Shown here: positions 15,182 through 25,067 of the stretch, one piece after another | How positions within the stretch are numbered: position 1 is the first letter of the stretch | Layout: each line of letters begins with the position of its first letter | Assembly (NCBI GenBank): GCA_964450385.1 | Contig: CAYVEC010000010.1 | Coordinates: 1,722 to 65,721 of the forward strand | Direction of reading: 5' to 3' | Source of the DNA: an uncultured Planctomycetales bacterium | GTDB lineage: Bacteria; Omnitrophota; Gorgyraeia; Zapsychrales; JANLHA01 | Length of the DNA: 64,000 nt | Made by a program: the position numbers and the translations under genes | Notes under the pieces: model-generated | Databases searched by the model: none | What the model was told of the DNA's origin: nothing | Seen by the model: only the letters and a program-made list of their open reading frames with translations

Positions 15182-16837
15182 ATGCGCATCCCCCTGGGTC
15201 GTAAGATTTTGTGGCTGATCATGTTGTGTGTTTTTTTCAGCCTGATGGGCGCGGCGGGTCCGGCTCCGGTCATGGCCAAGGGGAGTATGGTCGCTGGCCA
15301 TTTAGTTCAGGAAGGAATCCAGGCATATAAAGAAGGATACCATCGTGAGGCGATCCACAACTTCAGCAAGGCCCTTCTTGTTGAGCCGGGTCAGGCCGAG
15401 GCCCTTCGGTATCTTCGATTGATGGGGATCCCTGAGGGGATATACGGGACCGGCGAGTCTTCGATGACTATGGAGATGAAATTAGATCAGGCCGTTGTTG
15501 AGTATGAGTCCCGGATCGCGGAGCTCCGTCAGGAAAATGAGCAGCAGCGCTTGGATAAAGAGCGATTGATCGCGGAACAAGAGCAGCTGCAGCAGATCGT
15601 CGCGGCGAAAGAGGAAGAGCATCGTCAGATCTTTGATGATGTTGCCGAGTACAAAGAGGCGGTCGATGGAGAGCTCCGGGACCGCGAGGCGGCGATCGCT
15701 CAGCTCAAGGGAGAGAAGGATAAGCAGGCCGAGGCCGTGGACACCCTGCATCAGCGGCTTAAGGATTCCCGTGAGACGATGGTCGAGCAGGACGCCCTGG
15801 TCATCAAAAAGGAGCAGGAGATCGAGACCCTGAAGGGGGTCTTGTCAGAGAAGGATCAGACGTACCGAAAGGAAGTCGCTGATGTTGTTGAGGTCCTTGC
15901 GGCCACGGACCAGGTCGCCCTTGAGAAGGAAAAGGAAGCGGCCGGACTTCAACGGCGTTATGATCAGGAGACCACGGTGCTCAAAAAAGAGGTCCGCAAT
16001 AAAGAGACGGAACTGATGATCCAGGGTCAGCGGCTTGCCTATACGCAGCAGCAGGCGGTCGCGGCCGAAAAGGCCCTTGTCTCGCGTGACCAGAGGATCC
16101 GCGATCTTGAGGCCCAGGTGACGGGACTTCAGCGTCAGTCTCAGACCCTGTTGAATGATGTCACGGCGCTCAAAGAGGAACAGCGTTTCCGTTTTGCCCA
16201 GGGGGCTCAGCGGGCGGACGAGGCCCTGGTGGCGCGCACGAAGCGGCAGGATGGGCTGATCCGGGAACTGAAGGAGCAGCTCGTGGCGGACCGGCAGCGC
16301 CTTGAACGGTTTGTCCTTTTGGATCAGTCGAATACCGAGGAGGCCTGCGCCTTAAAGACCCGCATTGACGAGATGGCTGCGGACCTTGAGCAGAAGGAAT
16401 ATCAGCTTGTGTTATTGAAGGATGACAATTCGATGCTCGAGACCCGGGTCAACGACGCCCAGGAGCGTCTGCGGACCGTCGAGGCCCTTCTTGAGCAGAA
16501 GGAGGCGGAGATCCTGCGGATGGAGAAGGAGCAGGGGGCGATCATTGTTGAGCTCAAGGATCAGCTGGTCTTATGCAAAAATCAGCTCGACGGTCTTGCC
16601 GCCTCCGGCCAGGCGAGCAGTCCCGAGGCGGTGGTCCTGAGAAAACGCATCGATGAGCTCATGACAGAACTTGAAAAGAAGGAATATCAGCTCTTGTTGT
16701 TGAAGAACGATCATTCGACGATCGATGTTCGGCTCAGGGATGCTCGGGAACGCCTTCGCGCGGTCGAGGCCATGCTCGAGCAGAAGGAATATGAGCTCGA
16801 GCGGATGGAAGGTCAGCGCGGGGCAGGCGCTCCGTAA
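15182..16837 (+). CDS. secreted/membrane-anchored coiled-coil protein with N-terminal TPR-like motif
   Basis: 551 aa. Signal peptide or TM helix (ILWLIMLCVFFSLMGAAGPAPVMA), then a long E/Q/R/L-rich heptad coiled coil. Contains a ~94-aa tandem duplicated unit. Confidence 0.7.
   Translation: MRIPLGRKILWLIMLCVFFSLMGAAGPAPVMAKGSMVAGHLVQEGIQAYKEGYHREAIHNFSKALLVEPGQAEALRYLRLMGIPEGIYGTGESSMTMEMKLDQAVVEYESRIAELRQENEQQRLDKERLIAEQEQLQQIVAAKEEEHRQIFDDVAEYKEAVDGELRDREAAIAQLKGEKDKQAEAVDTLHQRLKDSRETMVEQDALVIKKEQEIETLKGVLSEKDQTYRKEVADVVEVLAATDQVALEKEKEAAGLQRRYDQETTVLKKEVRNKETELMIQGQRLAYTQQQAVAAEKALVSRDQRIRDLEAQVTGLQRQSQTLLNDVTALKEEQRFRFAQGAQRADEALVARTKRQDGLIRELKEQLVADRQRLERFVLLDQSNTEEACALKTRIDEMAADLEQKEYQLVLLKDDNSMLETRVNDAQERLRTVEALLEQKEAEILRMEKEQGAIIVELKDQLVLCKNQLDGLAASGQASSPEAVVLRKRIDELMTELEKKEYQLLLLKNDHSTIDVRLRDARERLRAVEAMLEQKEYELERMEGQRGAGAP
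16252..16822 (+). repeat. diverged tandem duplication (2 x ~282 nt, ~94 aa) inside the coiled-coil gene
   Basis: Unit 1 GLIRELKEQLVADRQRLE...ACALKTRIDEMAADLEQKEYQLVLLKDDNSMLETRVNDAQERLRTVEALLEQKEAEILRMEKEQ. Unit 2 AIIVELKDQLVLCKNQLD...AVVLRKRIDELMTELEKKEYQLLLLKNDHSTIDVRLRDARERLRAVEAMLEQKEYELERMEGQR. Roughly 55-60% identity. Confidence 0.5.
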
Positions 16838-16869
16838 TCGTTGTACCACGATCAGGGAGATACGGTCCG

Positions 16870-17250
16870 ATGGCAAAAAGGATTTTGATTATTGAGGATG
16901 ATCCTGATCTCGTCAAGATCATCGAATATCGTCTCACGAGCCAGGGGTATGAGGTCCTCGTCGCCCGCGACGGGTACGCGGGGCTCATGATGGCCAAACG
17001 CGAGCGGCCGGACCTGATCACCCTGGACCTGAACCTGCCGGAGCTCAACGGGTTCACGGTCTGCAGTATGATCAAGGGCAACCGCTCGTATCGCGACATC
17101 CCGATCATCATGCTCACGGCCCGGGATGGCTTTGCCGATCGCGTCTTTGATGACAAGATGAAGCCCGAATTCTACATGACAAAACCGTTCGAGGTCGACG
17201 ATCTCTTGGCCAAGGTCCATGAGCTGGTTCATGATGATCGGAAAAAATGA
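16870..17250 (+). CDS. single-domain response regulator (CheY-like receiver)
   Basis: 126 aa. ILIIEDDPD, phospho-acceptor context DLITLDLNLPELNGF, IIMLTARD, KPF. No output domain. Confidence 0.85.
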   Translation: MAKRILIIEDDPDLVKIIEYRLTSQGYEVLVARDGYAGLMMAKRERPDLITLDLNLPELNGFTVCSMIKGNRSYRDIPIIMLTARDGFADRVFDDKMKPEFYMTKPFEVDDLLAKVHELVHDDRKK

Positions 17251-17391
17251 AGCCTTCTGATCGAGGCGCGGGCTGGAGGCCTCGGGCGTTCATGATGGTT
17301 CCTTTCGCATTGTTCGCAATTCCCTCATCGGGAAAAATTCGCTGAGTTTCATTTCGTGATTCGATATGGGCACGAGGCATCGAAGGCGCTG

Positions 17392-18813
17392 CTACGGCGA
17401 GGTTCTTTGATCTTCAGCCGCGCGGGAGGGGAGGTTCAGAAGGACGAGGAGCATGACGCCAAGGGGGAAGAAATGGAGGATCATGCGAGAGAGTCCCAGG
17501 TGCGTTGTGACCAAAGCATAATGTTGTGTCAATGAGAAGCCCAGAAAGTGCACTCCAAAGAATCCTACGAGGCTGATGAACAAGGCCCAGGCCTCAGCCT
17601 GGTAGCGGGTCCGCAATATTTTCGGCAATGAGAGCGCGAGCAGAAACCAGATGAGGCTCCAGTTCCAGGACAGGAAGAGGTCCTCGAAAAAATATTGAAG
17701 GACCACAAGCCCGCGGCTGACCGTTGCCCAGGACCAATCGATCAGAAGCGATTGAAGTTCAAAATGACCACAGGCGGTGACGCGTTCGGCCCGCGGGGGG
17801 AACGCAGTCATCTTAAAGACAAGATAGAGCGAGGCGATCCCGAAGCTGACGATAAAAAATCGGATCAGCGAGAATAGTTTTTTACTAAAAGAGATTTCGC
17901 CGTGGTGCATTAACAGGACGAAGAACCCCATCAGGTGCATCATCACATAGCCCACGCCTTCCAATTTGACAAACGAGCAGCAGGCTGAGAAGAGGGCCGC
18001 CAGGACGAGCCAGCCGTGTTCACGCCGGTGATGCCACAGGAAGAGGGAGATGAAGACGGCCGCGTTGTAATATCCCATCATGAGGTCTCGATATCCGTTC
18101 GACGCGTGATTGATCAGGAGGTTCGACGATAACAGAAAGACAACGGCGATGAGACCCCATCGGCGGTTCGTCGTCCCTGAAAAGAAATAATAGAAGAACG
18201 TGATGAGCGATAAGAACATGGGGAAAAAGATGGATTTGATCAGCTGGTCGTCCCAGTGGCCTAAATTCAAGGCCACCCACATTTCTAGCAAAGGGACCTG
18301 GAGCGGGTAGGCCCGAGTCGGGAAATTTTTGACAAACGCGAGGGATTGTTCATGAAAAAGGATCTTCGCGTTGAAGGCATGTGTTGCGATCACGTCCCAT
18401 TTATAGACGGGAATGAAAAAGGTCTCCCAAAAAACGAAAATGATTTGATAGATGATAAAACCCATGAGCGCACAGTCGACGGCTGAGAGAGGGGTCCGGT
18501 GTTCTGTGCGGGGGGTGTTCACTTGACTGTCGGGATGGCGGAGCTTGTACCAGGATGCGATTGTGATGATGAGGGCGACAGGCGCGCTGATCGATCCGAA
18601 TGTATAAGGGATATGGAGGATGCCTAGGATGAGCATGAGTTGGGCAAGCAGGCCGATGCCTAGACCATATCCCATCATCCAGACAACCAAGGAGGGAATC
18701 CGATGCGGCAGCAGCATTCGGATGATAACGACCCCGAAGGCCGCGGGGAGTAAGAGGCTGTTTAATAGGGAGAAGAGGGACATGGTTGTTTTCCTTTGAA
18801 GGCGACGAGGCAT
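17392..18813 (-). CDS. polytopic integral membrane protein (possible GT-C-type glycosyltransferase or polymerase)
   Basis: 473 aa, more than 10 hydrophobic segments rich in aromatic residues. No confident family assignment. Confidence 0.55.
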   Translation of the reverse strand: MPRRLQRKTTMSLFSLLNSLLLPAAFGVVIIRMLLPHRIPSLVVWMMGYGLGIGLLAQLMLILGILHIPYTFGSISAPVALIITIASWYKLRHPDSQVNTPRTEHRTPLSAVDCALMGFIIYQIIFVFWETFFIPVYKWDVIATHAFNAKILFHEQSLAFVKNFPTRAYPLQVPLLEMWVALNLGHWDDQLIKSIFFPMFLSLITFFYYFFSGTTNRRWGLIAVVFLLSSNLLINHASNGYRDLMMGYYNAAVFISLFLWHHRREHGWLVLAALFSACCSFVKLEGVGYVMMHLMGFFVLLMHHGEISFSKKLFSLIRFFIVSFGIASLYLVFKMTAFPPRAERVTACGHFELQSLLIDWSWATVSRGLVVLQYFFEDLFLSWNWSLIWFLLALSLPKILRTRYQAEAWALFISLVGFFGVHFLGFSLTQHYALVTTHLGLSRMILHFFPLGVMLLVLLNLPSRAAEDQRTSP

Positions 18814-19490
18814 GATTCGCCGCAGCTGATCACCTGGGTGAATTCATCCCCGACGGATGCCTCGGGGTTGTCTTTCGGGAAGATGATCAGGGCGTCGATC
18901 GGCTCGGGTTTTCTGATGCCTCTGATATCGATCGGATAGAGAAAGTAGGCCCAGGCCCGGTGGGTGAACATCCCGGGGTCGCGCGTCATATCCATATCGG
19001 TGATCAGTTCTGCCCGGTAGCGGCCGGGGAAGGTGTCAGTGATAAAGCGCGGGAAAAGATACGCGTCTTTAAAAAGATATTTTTGTTTTTCCGGCAGCGA
19101 TTTCTGGGCAAAGACAGAGTACGAATAACGAAAGTCGTCGATCTGGCTGATCAGGTTCAGGGCCGTCATGCTGCCGAAGACGATGATGCCGGCAGAGATG
19201 GCCGCCGGATAGAGCCGGCTCGTGGGTTGATCCTCGAGGCCTCGTCGCCGAATGGCAAGAATGAGGGTGAGCACGCCCCATACAAGGTAGACGGCCCAGA
19301 GAAAATTAAAGGTTCGGATGGTTGGGGCCGGGACAAAGTTGTGCGCCGTGTGCACAAACGAGATGGGTGGCGTCCGTAAGATGGCCGCCATCGGGGTCCC
19401 GGTCCTTACTGAGAGGAAAAAGAGAAAAAGGATGACGGCGAGGAGGATGCTGGCGATAAACACGACGGAAGATTTTGAGGGATGGTTCAT
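18762..19490 (-). CDS. membrane protein, unknown function
   Basis: 242 aa. N-terminal TM helix plus 2 further hydrophobic segments. 52-bp overlap with the downstream membrane-protein ORF start (an alternative start is likely). Confidence 0.5.
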   Translation of the reverse strand: MNHPSKSSVVFIASILLAVILFLFFLSVRTGTPMAAILRTPPISFVHTAHNFVPAPTIRTFNFLWAVYLVWGVLTLILAIRRRGLEDQPTSRLYPAAISAGIIVFGSMTALNLISQIDDFRYSYSVFAQKSLPEKQKYLFKDAYLFPRFITDTFPGRYRAELITDMDMTRDPGMFTHRAWAYFLYPIDIRGIRKPEPIDALIIFPKDNPEASVGDEFTQVISCGESCLVAFKGKQPCPSSPY

Positions 19491-19842
19491 GTTTTTCAGC
19501 GGGCCCTTGAAAATTTAGACATTTTATATATACCATATCGTGTCATGGGGGAGAAACGAAAAGATAGAATTGTGACGGCATGGTGTGGGTGAGCCCGGAG
19601 ATCTAAGCGCGCGTTAAGGGTTTGGTTTGTCTGGTGGGCGTCCTGGGTATGGCGATGATGGAAGGGGTCCTGTTTGAGGGGTATTCGATGAATGAGATGG
19701 GGGATGCGCTGGTTAAGCCGCAGTGGTTAGCTGTCCTGGCATGTCCGCGTGTGTCCCATTGACGAGTTTAAGAAATGGTAGTAGAGTGTCGTCCAATTAA
19801 CTTGAGTGACAATAGGTTATATACACTGAAGGAGAAGACACC

Positions 19843-20787
19843 ATGAAGACGCGTAACGATTTTGTCCGGACCCGGTTGCAGCGGATAAGCATGGGGCTGA
19901 CCGTGCTGACTGTTTTGCTGATGGGCGTTAGCCAGCCGGCCTTCGCCGCTGTGTACGACACGTACCGGAGTTGGAGTTATTATACCGACCGGAATAATAA
20001 TACCACTCAGGATGACCATTTCTGGTCGGATGAGAGCTCGTGGCAGGGCAGCAGCTCTGTTGTTTACAATGAAAATAATTACGCAAAATCTTTGGTTGGA
20101 TTTGAGGGTGTCGGCAGCCTCGGGGCCAAGATCGGAGTCAGCGTTGACGACAGCTTGAATACAGTCTACTCATCGTCTTATTATCGCGATGATGGGTTCC
20201 GGTGCGACGCGACGACATGCGGGGCAGGGATACCGTTAGGGGGCAGCTTTGAAACGCAGCTGCAGCAGGACGGCAGTTTTACTCTAGGCAGCGCGAATTA
20301 TAGTCTTATGTATTACCTCCGCACGCCGTCAATGGCCTACAATTTCCACTTCGCAGTGCAGCAGGGGGAAATGGACCTGGAGCCCTATGGGTGGTTCTCC
20401 TCGGAGAATCTCGTCACCGGCGGGTCTACGGTAAAAGATCTCGGAAGCGACCCGTCGTTTTTTAATCTGGTGTGGGAAGACAATAACAATGACGGGGTTT
20501 ACAATTTCGCCTATGATTTTAGTTTCGTAGGATACACGAATGGTCTGGATCTCGGAGAAGAGTTGAGCGTGTCCGCCTATGCGTACAGATCCGGCGAGGG
20601 ACTTCAATTCGTTGACTCGTACAATTCTTTCCATGCGAACATCACTCCGGATGACGGGGTTTCTTTTTATCGGGGCGGTCAGCTCGCTGTCGGAAGTTCC
20701 GGACCGCAGGCAGTGCCTGAGCCGGCGTCGATGATGCTCGTCGGCGGCGGCCTGGTCGGGATGCTCTTCCGCCGAAGATTTGTTTAA
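19843..20787 (+). CDS. PEP-CTERM sorting-domain secreted protein
   Basis: 314 aa. Signal peptide (LTVLTVLLMGVSQPAFAAV). C-terminal VPEPASMMLVGGGLVGMLFRRRFV is the PEP motif plus TM helix plus Arg cluster. RBS GAAGGAGAAG upstream. Confidence 0.8.
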   Translation: MKTRNDFVRTRLQRISMGLTVLTVLLMGVSQPAFAAVYDTYRSWSYYTDRNNNTTQDDHFWSDESSWQGSSSVVYNENNYAKSLVGFEGVGSLGAKIGVSVDDSLNTVYSSSYYRDDGFRCDATTCGAGIPLGGSFETQLQQDGSFTLGSANYSLMYYLRTPSMAYNFHFAVQQGEMDLEPYGWFSSENLVTGGSTVKDLGSDPSFFNLVWEDNNNDGVYNFAYDFSFVGYTNGLDLGEELSVSAYAYRSGEGLQFVDSYNSFHANITPDDGVSFYRGGQLAVGSSGPQAVPEPASMMLVGGGLVGMLFRRRFV

Positions 20788-20819
20788 TCGATTGACCTCA
20801 AGGGGCACGCGGTGATACG

Positions 20820-20855
20820 GAAGCCCGGTCGTGAGCGACTGGGCTTCTTTATTTG
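20820..20855 (+). terminator. rho-independent terminator after the PEP-CTERM gene
   Basis: GAAGCCCGGTCG-tgag-CGACTGGGCTTC, a 12-bp stem with one G:U, followed by TTTATTTG. Confidence 0.55.
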
Positions 20856-20983
20856 CGTAAATCCCCCCATAGAGCTGGGCTGAATCTCTATCCGACATAA
20901 CCTTTTTACCTCTGACGATGAAAATTTTATTTTGGATCATTTTTTCTGGTATGGGCAGGTGTGACATGATGAATCCTTTTTGT

Positions 20984-22546
20984 TCAGGTTCTATCCAGGC
21001 ACCGGTATTGGATCGCCTCGGCGAGATGCCCTTCGCGGATCTCGGCCGATCCGGCGAGGTCCGCGATGGTGCGAGCCACTTTAAGGATCTTGTCATGGGC
21101 GCGGGCCGAGAGGCCGAGCTGGTCGATCGCGTTTTTTAACAGATGCTGACTCGTCGACGAGAGAGCGCAGTGTTGTCGGATCTGCCGGTGCCGCATGAAG
21201 GCGTTGGCAAAGACAGGGATCTGGTCCTGGGCGAAGCGCTCGTGTTGGATCCGGCGGGCAGCGCAGGTCCGGGCCCGGATGGCGGAGGAGGGTTCTCCCG
21301 GGTCGAGCGACATGAGGTGATCCGTGGGAAGGTGCGCGACCTCGAGGTGAAGGTCGATCCGATCCAGGAGCGGGCCGGAGATCTTCGACATGTAGCGCTG
21401 GATCTGGAGCGGTGAGCAGCCGCATTCGCGGCGGGGGTCAGTGGCGTACCCGCACGGGCAAGGGTTGAGGCTTGCGACGAGCATGCATTGGGAGGGAAAA
21501 CGGATCGTCTTGGTCGCGCGTGAGACCGTAACCCATCCGTCTTCGAGCGGCTGGCGCAGGGCCTCGAGCACCCGGCGGCTGAATTCCGGCAGTTCATCTA
21601 AAAAGAGAATCCCGTGGTGCGCGAGGGTGACCTCACCGGGCTTGGGGTGGGACCCGCCGCCGATGAGCGCGATATCAGAGCTCGTATGATGCGGGGACCG
21701 GAATGGCCGCGCCGTGAGGAGGGCGGTTTGGCTCGGCAGGATCCCAGCCACCGAATGGATCTTCGTGATCTCGAGCGCTTCTTCGAGCGCCATGGGCGGG
21801 AGGATCGACGGGAGGCGCCGGGCCAGCATGGTCTTACCGCTTCCGGGCGGGCCGATCATGAGCACATTGTGTCCGCCCGCGGCAGCGACTTCCAGACCGC
21901 GTTTGATCAACGCTTGCCCGCGGACATCGCTGAAATCCGCGTGGTCAGCCGGGTGGTCGTTGAGAAGGGTTGCGCTGTTGATCGTGAACCGGGTGAGCGT
22001 TGATGGCGAACCTGACAGAAACGCGGCGATCTCTTTAAGATGACGCGCTGGGAAAACCGGGCACCGCCCGGCAATGGCGGCTTCATAGGCATTCTCCTGG
22101 GGCAGGATCACGCCCTCAAAGGCCTTGGCCGGGATGCTGAGGCTGATCGGCAGGGCGCCATGGATCGGCCGAAGGGTCCCATCAAGGGAGAGCTCGCCCA
22201 GAATAATAAATTTTTTAAGGGATTCGGAACAGATCTGTCCGGTTGCCGCGAGATATCCGAGGGCAACGGCAAGGTCATACGAGGCCCCGCTTTTTTTGGT
22301 GTCGGCAGGAGAGAGGTTGATAATGATCCGATTGGAGGCGAATTGAAATCCGCTGTTCTTGATCGCGGCGCGGACACGGTCCTTGCTTTCTTTGACCGCG
22401 TTATCAGGAAGGCCGACGATCGTGATTGATGGAAGTCCTCGCGCCACATCAACTTCAATGCGAACGGGATAGGCCTCGATTCCTTCGATACCGAAACTTA
22501 CAACATGTGAGAGCATAGGGACCCCTAGGTATGAGGGGTGATCCAA
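20984..22546 (-). CDS. comM: YifB/ComM family Mg-chelatase-like AAA+ ATPase
   Basis: N-terminal MLSHVVSFGIEGIEAYPVRIEVDV, Walker A GPPGSGKT, C-terminal MgChl_C-like region. The track start is TTG at 22546. ATG at 22516 (MLSHVV) is the more likely start. Confidence 0.9.
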   Translation of the reverse strand: MDHPSYLGVPMLSHVVSFGIEGIEAYPVRIEVDVARGLPSITIVGLPDNAVKESKDRVRAAIKNSGFQFASNRIIINLSPADTKKSGASYDLAVALGYLAATGQICSESLKKFIILGELSLDGTLRPIHGALPISLSIPAKAFEGVILPQENAYEAAIAGRCPVFPARHLKEIAAFLSGSPSTLTRFTINSATLLNDHPADHADFSDVRGQALIKRGLEVAAAGGHNVLMIGPPGSGKTMLARRLPSILPPMALEEALEITKIHSVAGILPSQTALLTARPFRSPHHTSSDIALIGGGSHPKPGEVTLAHHGILFLDELPEFSRRVLEALRQPLEDGWVTVSRATKTIRFPSQCMLVASLNPCPCGYATDPRRECGCSPLQIQRYMSKISGPLLDRIDLHLEVAHLPTDHLMSLDPGEPSSAIRARTCAARRIQHERFAQDQIPVFANAFMRHRQIRQHCALSSTSQHLLKNAIDQLGLSARAHDKILKVARTIADLAGSAEIREGHLAEAIQYRCLDRT

Positions 22547-22629
22547 TAGAAGGGATGATCGTTGTTTGGGTGGGGATGCCCTGTGGGGGTCAGGTTGTTC
22601 TTTGGGGCAAGCAAATGCCGGAAAACACC

Positions 22630-22658
22630 TTGCTTTTTAAAAGACCCCTATTTATAAT
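22630..22658 (+). promoter_or_regulatory. sigma70-type promoter TTGCTT-17-TATAAT
   Basis: In the AT-rich divergent region between comM and the PAP2 gene. Followed by RBS AAGGAG and a TTG start at 22740. Confidence 0.4.
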
Positions 22659-22739
22659 GTAACGTAACATAAAAAGAATATTAGGTCAAATAGTAGTATT
22701 TTCGTCTCTTCTTGGTGTTTTTTCATAAAGGAGATCCTG

Positions 22740-23180
22740 TTGACCCCTGGGAACAAGGTGTTTGCGATCACGATCGTCACGTGGGCTGTAGCCCAGTTCA
22801 TAAAGGTCATTCTGGGGGTGATCCAGGAAAGGCGTTTTAATTTTCGGTGGTTCATCGGGACCGGGGGCATGCCTTCGAGCCATGCCGCGGGGGTCGCAGC
22901 CCTGGCCACTGCCTGCGGGCTCCAGGAGGGTTTTGATTCGGTGCTTTTTGCTGTGGCAGGGGTTTTTGCCTTGGTCACGATGTTCGACGCCCAGAGCGTC
23001 CGGCGGGCCACGGGACAGCAGGCCGAAATCTTGAACCAGATCATGGATGATATTTATTGGCGCGGAAAAATTGAGGGGGACCGCCTGATCGAACTGATTG
23101 GGCATTCTCCGTTTCAGGTCTTTGTCGGGATGGTGGTCGGCTGCGTGTTGGCGGTTTGGCTTTTTCATATTTGGCAATAA
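22740..23180 (+). CDS. divergent PAP2 family membrane protein (DUF212-like)
   Basis: 146 aa, TTG start. GMPSSHAA motif. 4 hydrophobic helices. Confidence 0.75.
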   Translation: MTPGNKVFAITIVTWAVAQFIKVILGVIQERRFNFRWFIGTGGMPSSHAAGVAALATACGLQEGFDSVLFAVAGVFALVTMFDAQSVRRATGQQAEILNQIMDDIYWRGKIEGDRLIELIGHSPFQVFVGMVVGCVLAVWLFHIWQ

Positions 23181-23208
23181 TAGACAGGCGAGAACAAGGA
23201 GAGTTCAG

Positions 23209-24033
23209 GTGAATCGAAATCTGTTGATGGGGGTGGGCGTTGCCCTGGCAGTCGGTGTCGCGGTCATTGTGGTGAGCCGCGGGGGGAGGGACAGTGGCGC
23301 GGTGACGGTGTCGGCCCCGAAATCTGCCGAGGCGATGAGACTGTATGATCAGGCAAGCAAACTTGCCAAGAGCCGGAAGCCTGTTGAGGCCAAGATGATC
23401 TATCAGGAACTTTTGGAGCAGCATCCCGACGCGGAAAATATTGTTCAGATCCAGCAGGAACTCCATCAGCTGAATATGGACCTCTTGTTCTCGAAGCAGC
23501 AGGTTCCGGAGAAGACCCTGATTCACGCGGTCGAGCCCGGCGACACACTGGGGAAGATTGCCCGACGGTATAATACCACGGTTGAGTTCTTAAAAAAGAG
23601 CAATGACCTGAAGAGCGACACGATTCGTGTTGGCCAGAAGCTCCGCGTCTGGAAAGGCAATTTTAATATTTTTGTCGATAAGTCGCAGAACATCTTGATC
23701 CTGAAAGATGGGGAGGAGATGCTCAAGGTCTACACCGTATCAACGGGAGAGAATAATTCCACGCCGGTCGGGACCTTTACGATCACTTCATTGCTTGAGA
23801 ACCCGGTCTGGTTCAATAGCGGTGTGATCGTGCCTCCGGAGAGTCCGCAGAACGTTCTGGGGACGCGCTGGCTGGGCTTTGAGGAGGCCCCGGGCTATGG
23901 CATTCACGGAACGATCGAGCCTGAGACGATCGGCCGCCAGGTGACGGCGGGCTGTGTCCGGATGCTGAATGATGAGGTTGAAGAACTGTACAGCCTTATT
24001 CCGAGGGGGACGAAGGTTGTTATCGTTGATTAA
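23209..24033 (+). CDS. LysM domain L,D-transpeptidase (YkuD-like)
   Basis: N-terminal TM helix. LysM (DTLGKIARRYNTTVEFLKKSNDLKSDTIRVGQKLRV). Catalytic HG...TAGCVRM motif. In-frame GTG at 23209 preceded by AAGGAGAG. The track ORF extends to 23098 and overlaps the PAP2 gene. Confidence 0.8.
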   Translation: MNRNLLMGVGVALAVGVAVIVVSRGGRDSGAVTVSAPKSAEAMRLYDQASKLAKSRKPVEAKMIYQELLEQHPDAENIVQIQQELHQLNMDLLFSKQQVPEKTLIHAVEPGDTLGKIARRYNTTVEFLKKSNDLKSDTIRVGQKLRVWKGNFNIFVDKSQNILILKDGEEMLKVYTVSTGENNSTPVGTFTITSLLENPVWFNSGVIVPPESPQNVLGTRWLGFEEAPGYGIHGTIEPETIGRQVTAGCVRMLNDEVEELYSLIPRGTKVVIVD

Positions 24034-24080
24034 CTGAGGGCCGCGCTGGACGCCGGCATCGTTATCGAAAGGTCATCTGT

Positions 24081-25067
24081 ATGGAAGTCCTGAATTTTGA
24101 AAAACCGATCGTTGAGCTCGAGGTCAAGATCGATGAGCTTAAGAATTTTGGCACGGAGAAAAATGTAGATCTGTCGTCGGAGATCAAGAAGCTCGAGCAG
24201 AAATTGAAAAAGATGAAGGAGGATGTCTATGGCCGGCTGAGTGACTGGCAGCGGGTCCAGATCGCGAGGCATCCCGCCCGGCCGTACACCCTTGATTATA
24301 TCCATTTGATCACCTCAGAATTTTTGGAGCTCCATGGCGATCGGCTGTTCGCTGATGACGCCGCTCTCATCGGAGGCTTTGCGAAGATCGGGTCGTTCCG
24401 TGTCATGGTCATGGGCCATCAAAAGGGGCGCGACACCAAAGAGAACATCCTGAGGAATTTTGGATGCGCTCATCCCGAGGGGTATCGCAAGGCGATGCGC
24501 CTCATGCAGCTCGCGGAGAAATTTAAGATCCCGGTTGTTGTGTTCATTGATACCCCCGGCGCGTATCCGGGGCTCGGCGCCGAAGAACGCGGTCAGGCGC
24601 AGGCGATCGCGATGAACCTCCGCGATATGGCGGGGATCCGCACGCCCATTATCGCGACTGTTATCGGTGAGGGCGGCAGCGGCGGGGCCTTGGGTGTCGG
24701 GGTCGCGGATCGGGTGTACATGCTCAAGAACGCGTATTATTCGGTCATCTCGCCTGAGGGGTGTGCCTCGATCCTGTGGAGGAACTCTGTCCGCGCCCCG
24801 GATGCGGCGAAGGCGTTAAAGTTGACCGGTGAGGATCTCCTGCGGTTCGGGATCATCGATGGGGTGGTTCCGGAGCCCCTCGGCGGCGCCCACCGCAATC
24901 CTGAGGCGGTCGCCGATGATCTGAAAAAGATTCTGTTGAAGGACCTTGAGGCCCTGACCCGTCTTGATCCGGCCGCGCTCATCGAACGGCGGTATCAAAA
25001 ATTCCGTCAGATCGGCGAGTTTGAACAAAAGGTGGCTGCCAGTGGCGCGGACGCCTCCCTGTCATAA
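24081..25067 (+). CDS. accA: acetyl-CoA carboxylase carboxyltransferase alpha subunit
   Basis: 328 aa. MEVLNFEKPIVELEVKIDELK start, ARHPARPYTLDYI, GGSGGALG motif. Confidence 0.9.
   Translation: MEVLNFEKPIVELEVKIDELKNFGTEKNVDLSSEIKKLEQKLKKMKEDVYGRLSDWQRVQIARHPARPYTLDYIHLITSEFLELHGDRLFADDAALIGGFAKIGSFRVMVMGHQKGRDTKENILRNFGCAHPEGYRKAMRLMQLAEKFKIPVVVFIDTPGAYPGLGAEERGQAQAIAMNLRDMAGIRTPIIATVIGEGGSGGALGVGVADRVYMLKNAYYSVISPEGCASILWRNSVRAPDAAKALKLTGEDLLRFGIIDGVVPEPLGGAHRNPEAVADDLKKILLKDLEALTRLDPAALIERRYQKFRQIGEFEQKVAASGADASLS

Noticed and set aside
17251-17391. Possible bidirectional terminator between the response-regulator gene and the convergent membrane-protein gene
   Set aside because: Only weak 6-bp stems (cgaggc...gcctcg) without flanking T or A tracts, so it was not called.
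20329-21096. 255-aa ORF on the minus strand
   Set aside because: It runs antisense across the 3' half of the PEP-CTERM gene and the 3' end of comM, including the terminator hairpin. No motifs. Judged spurious.
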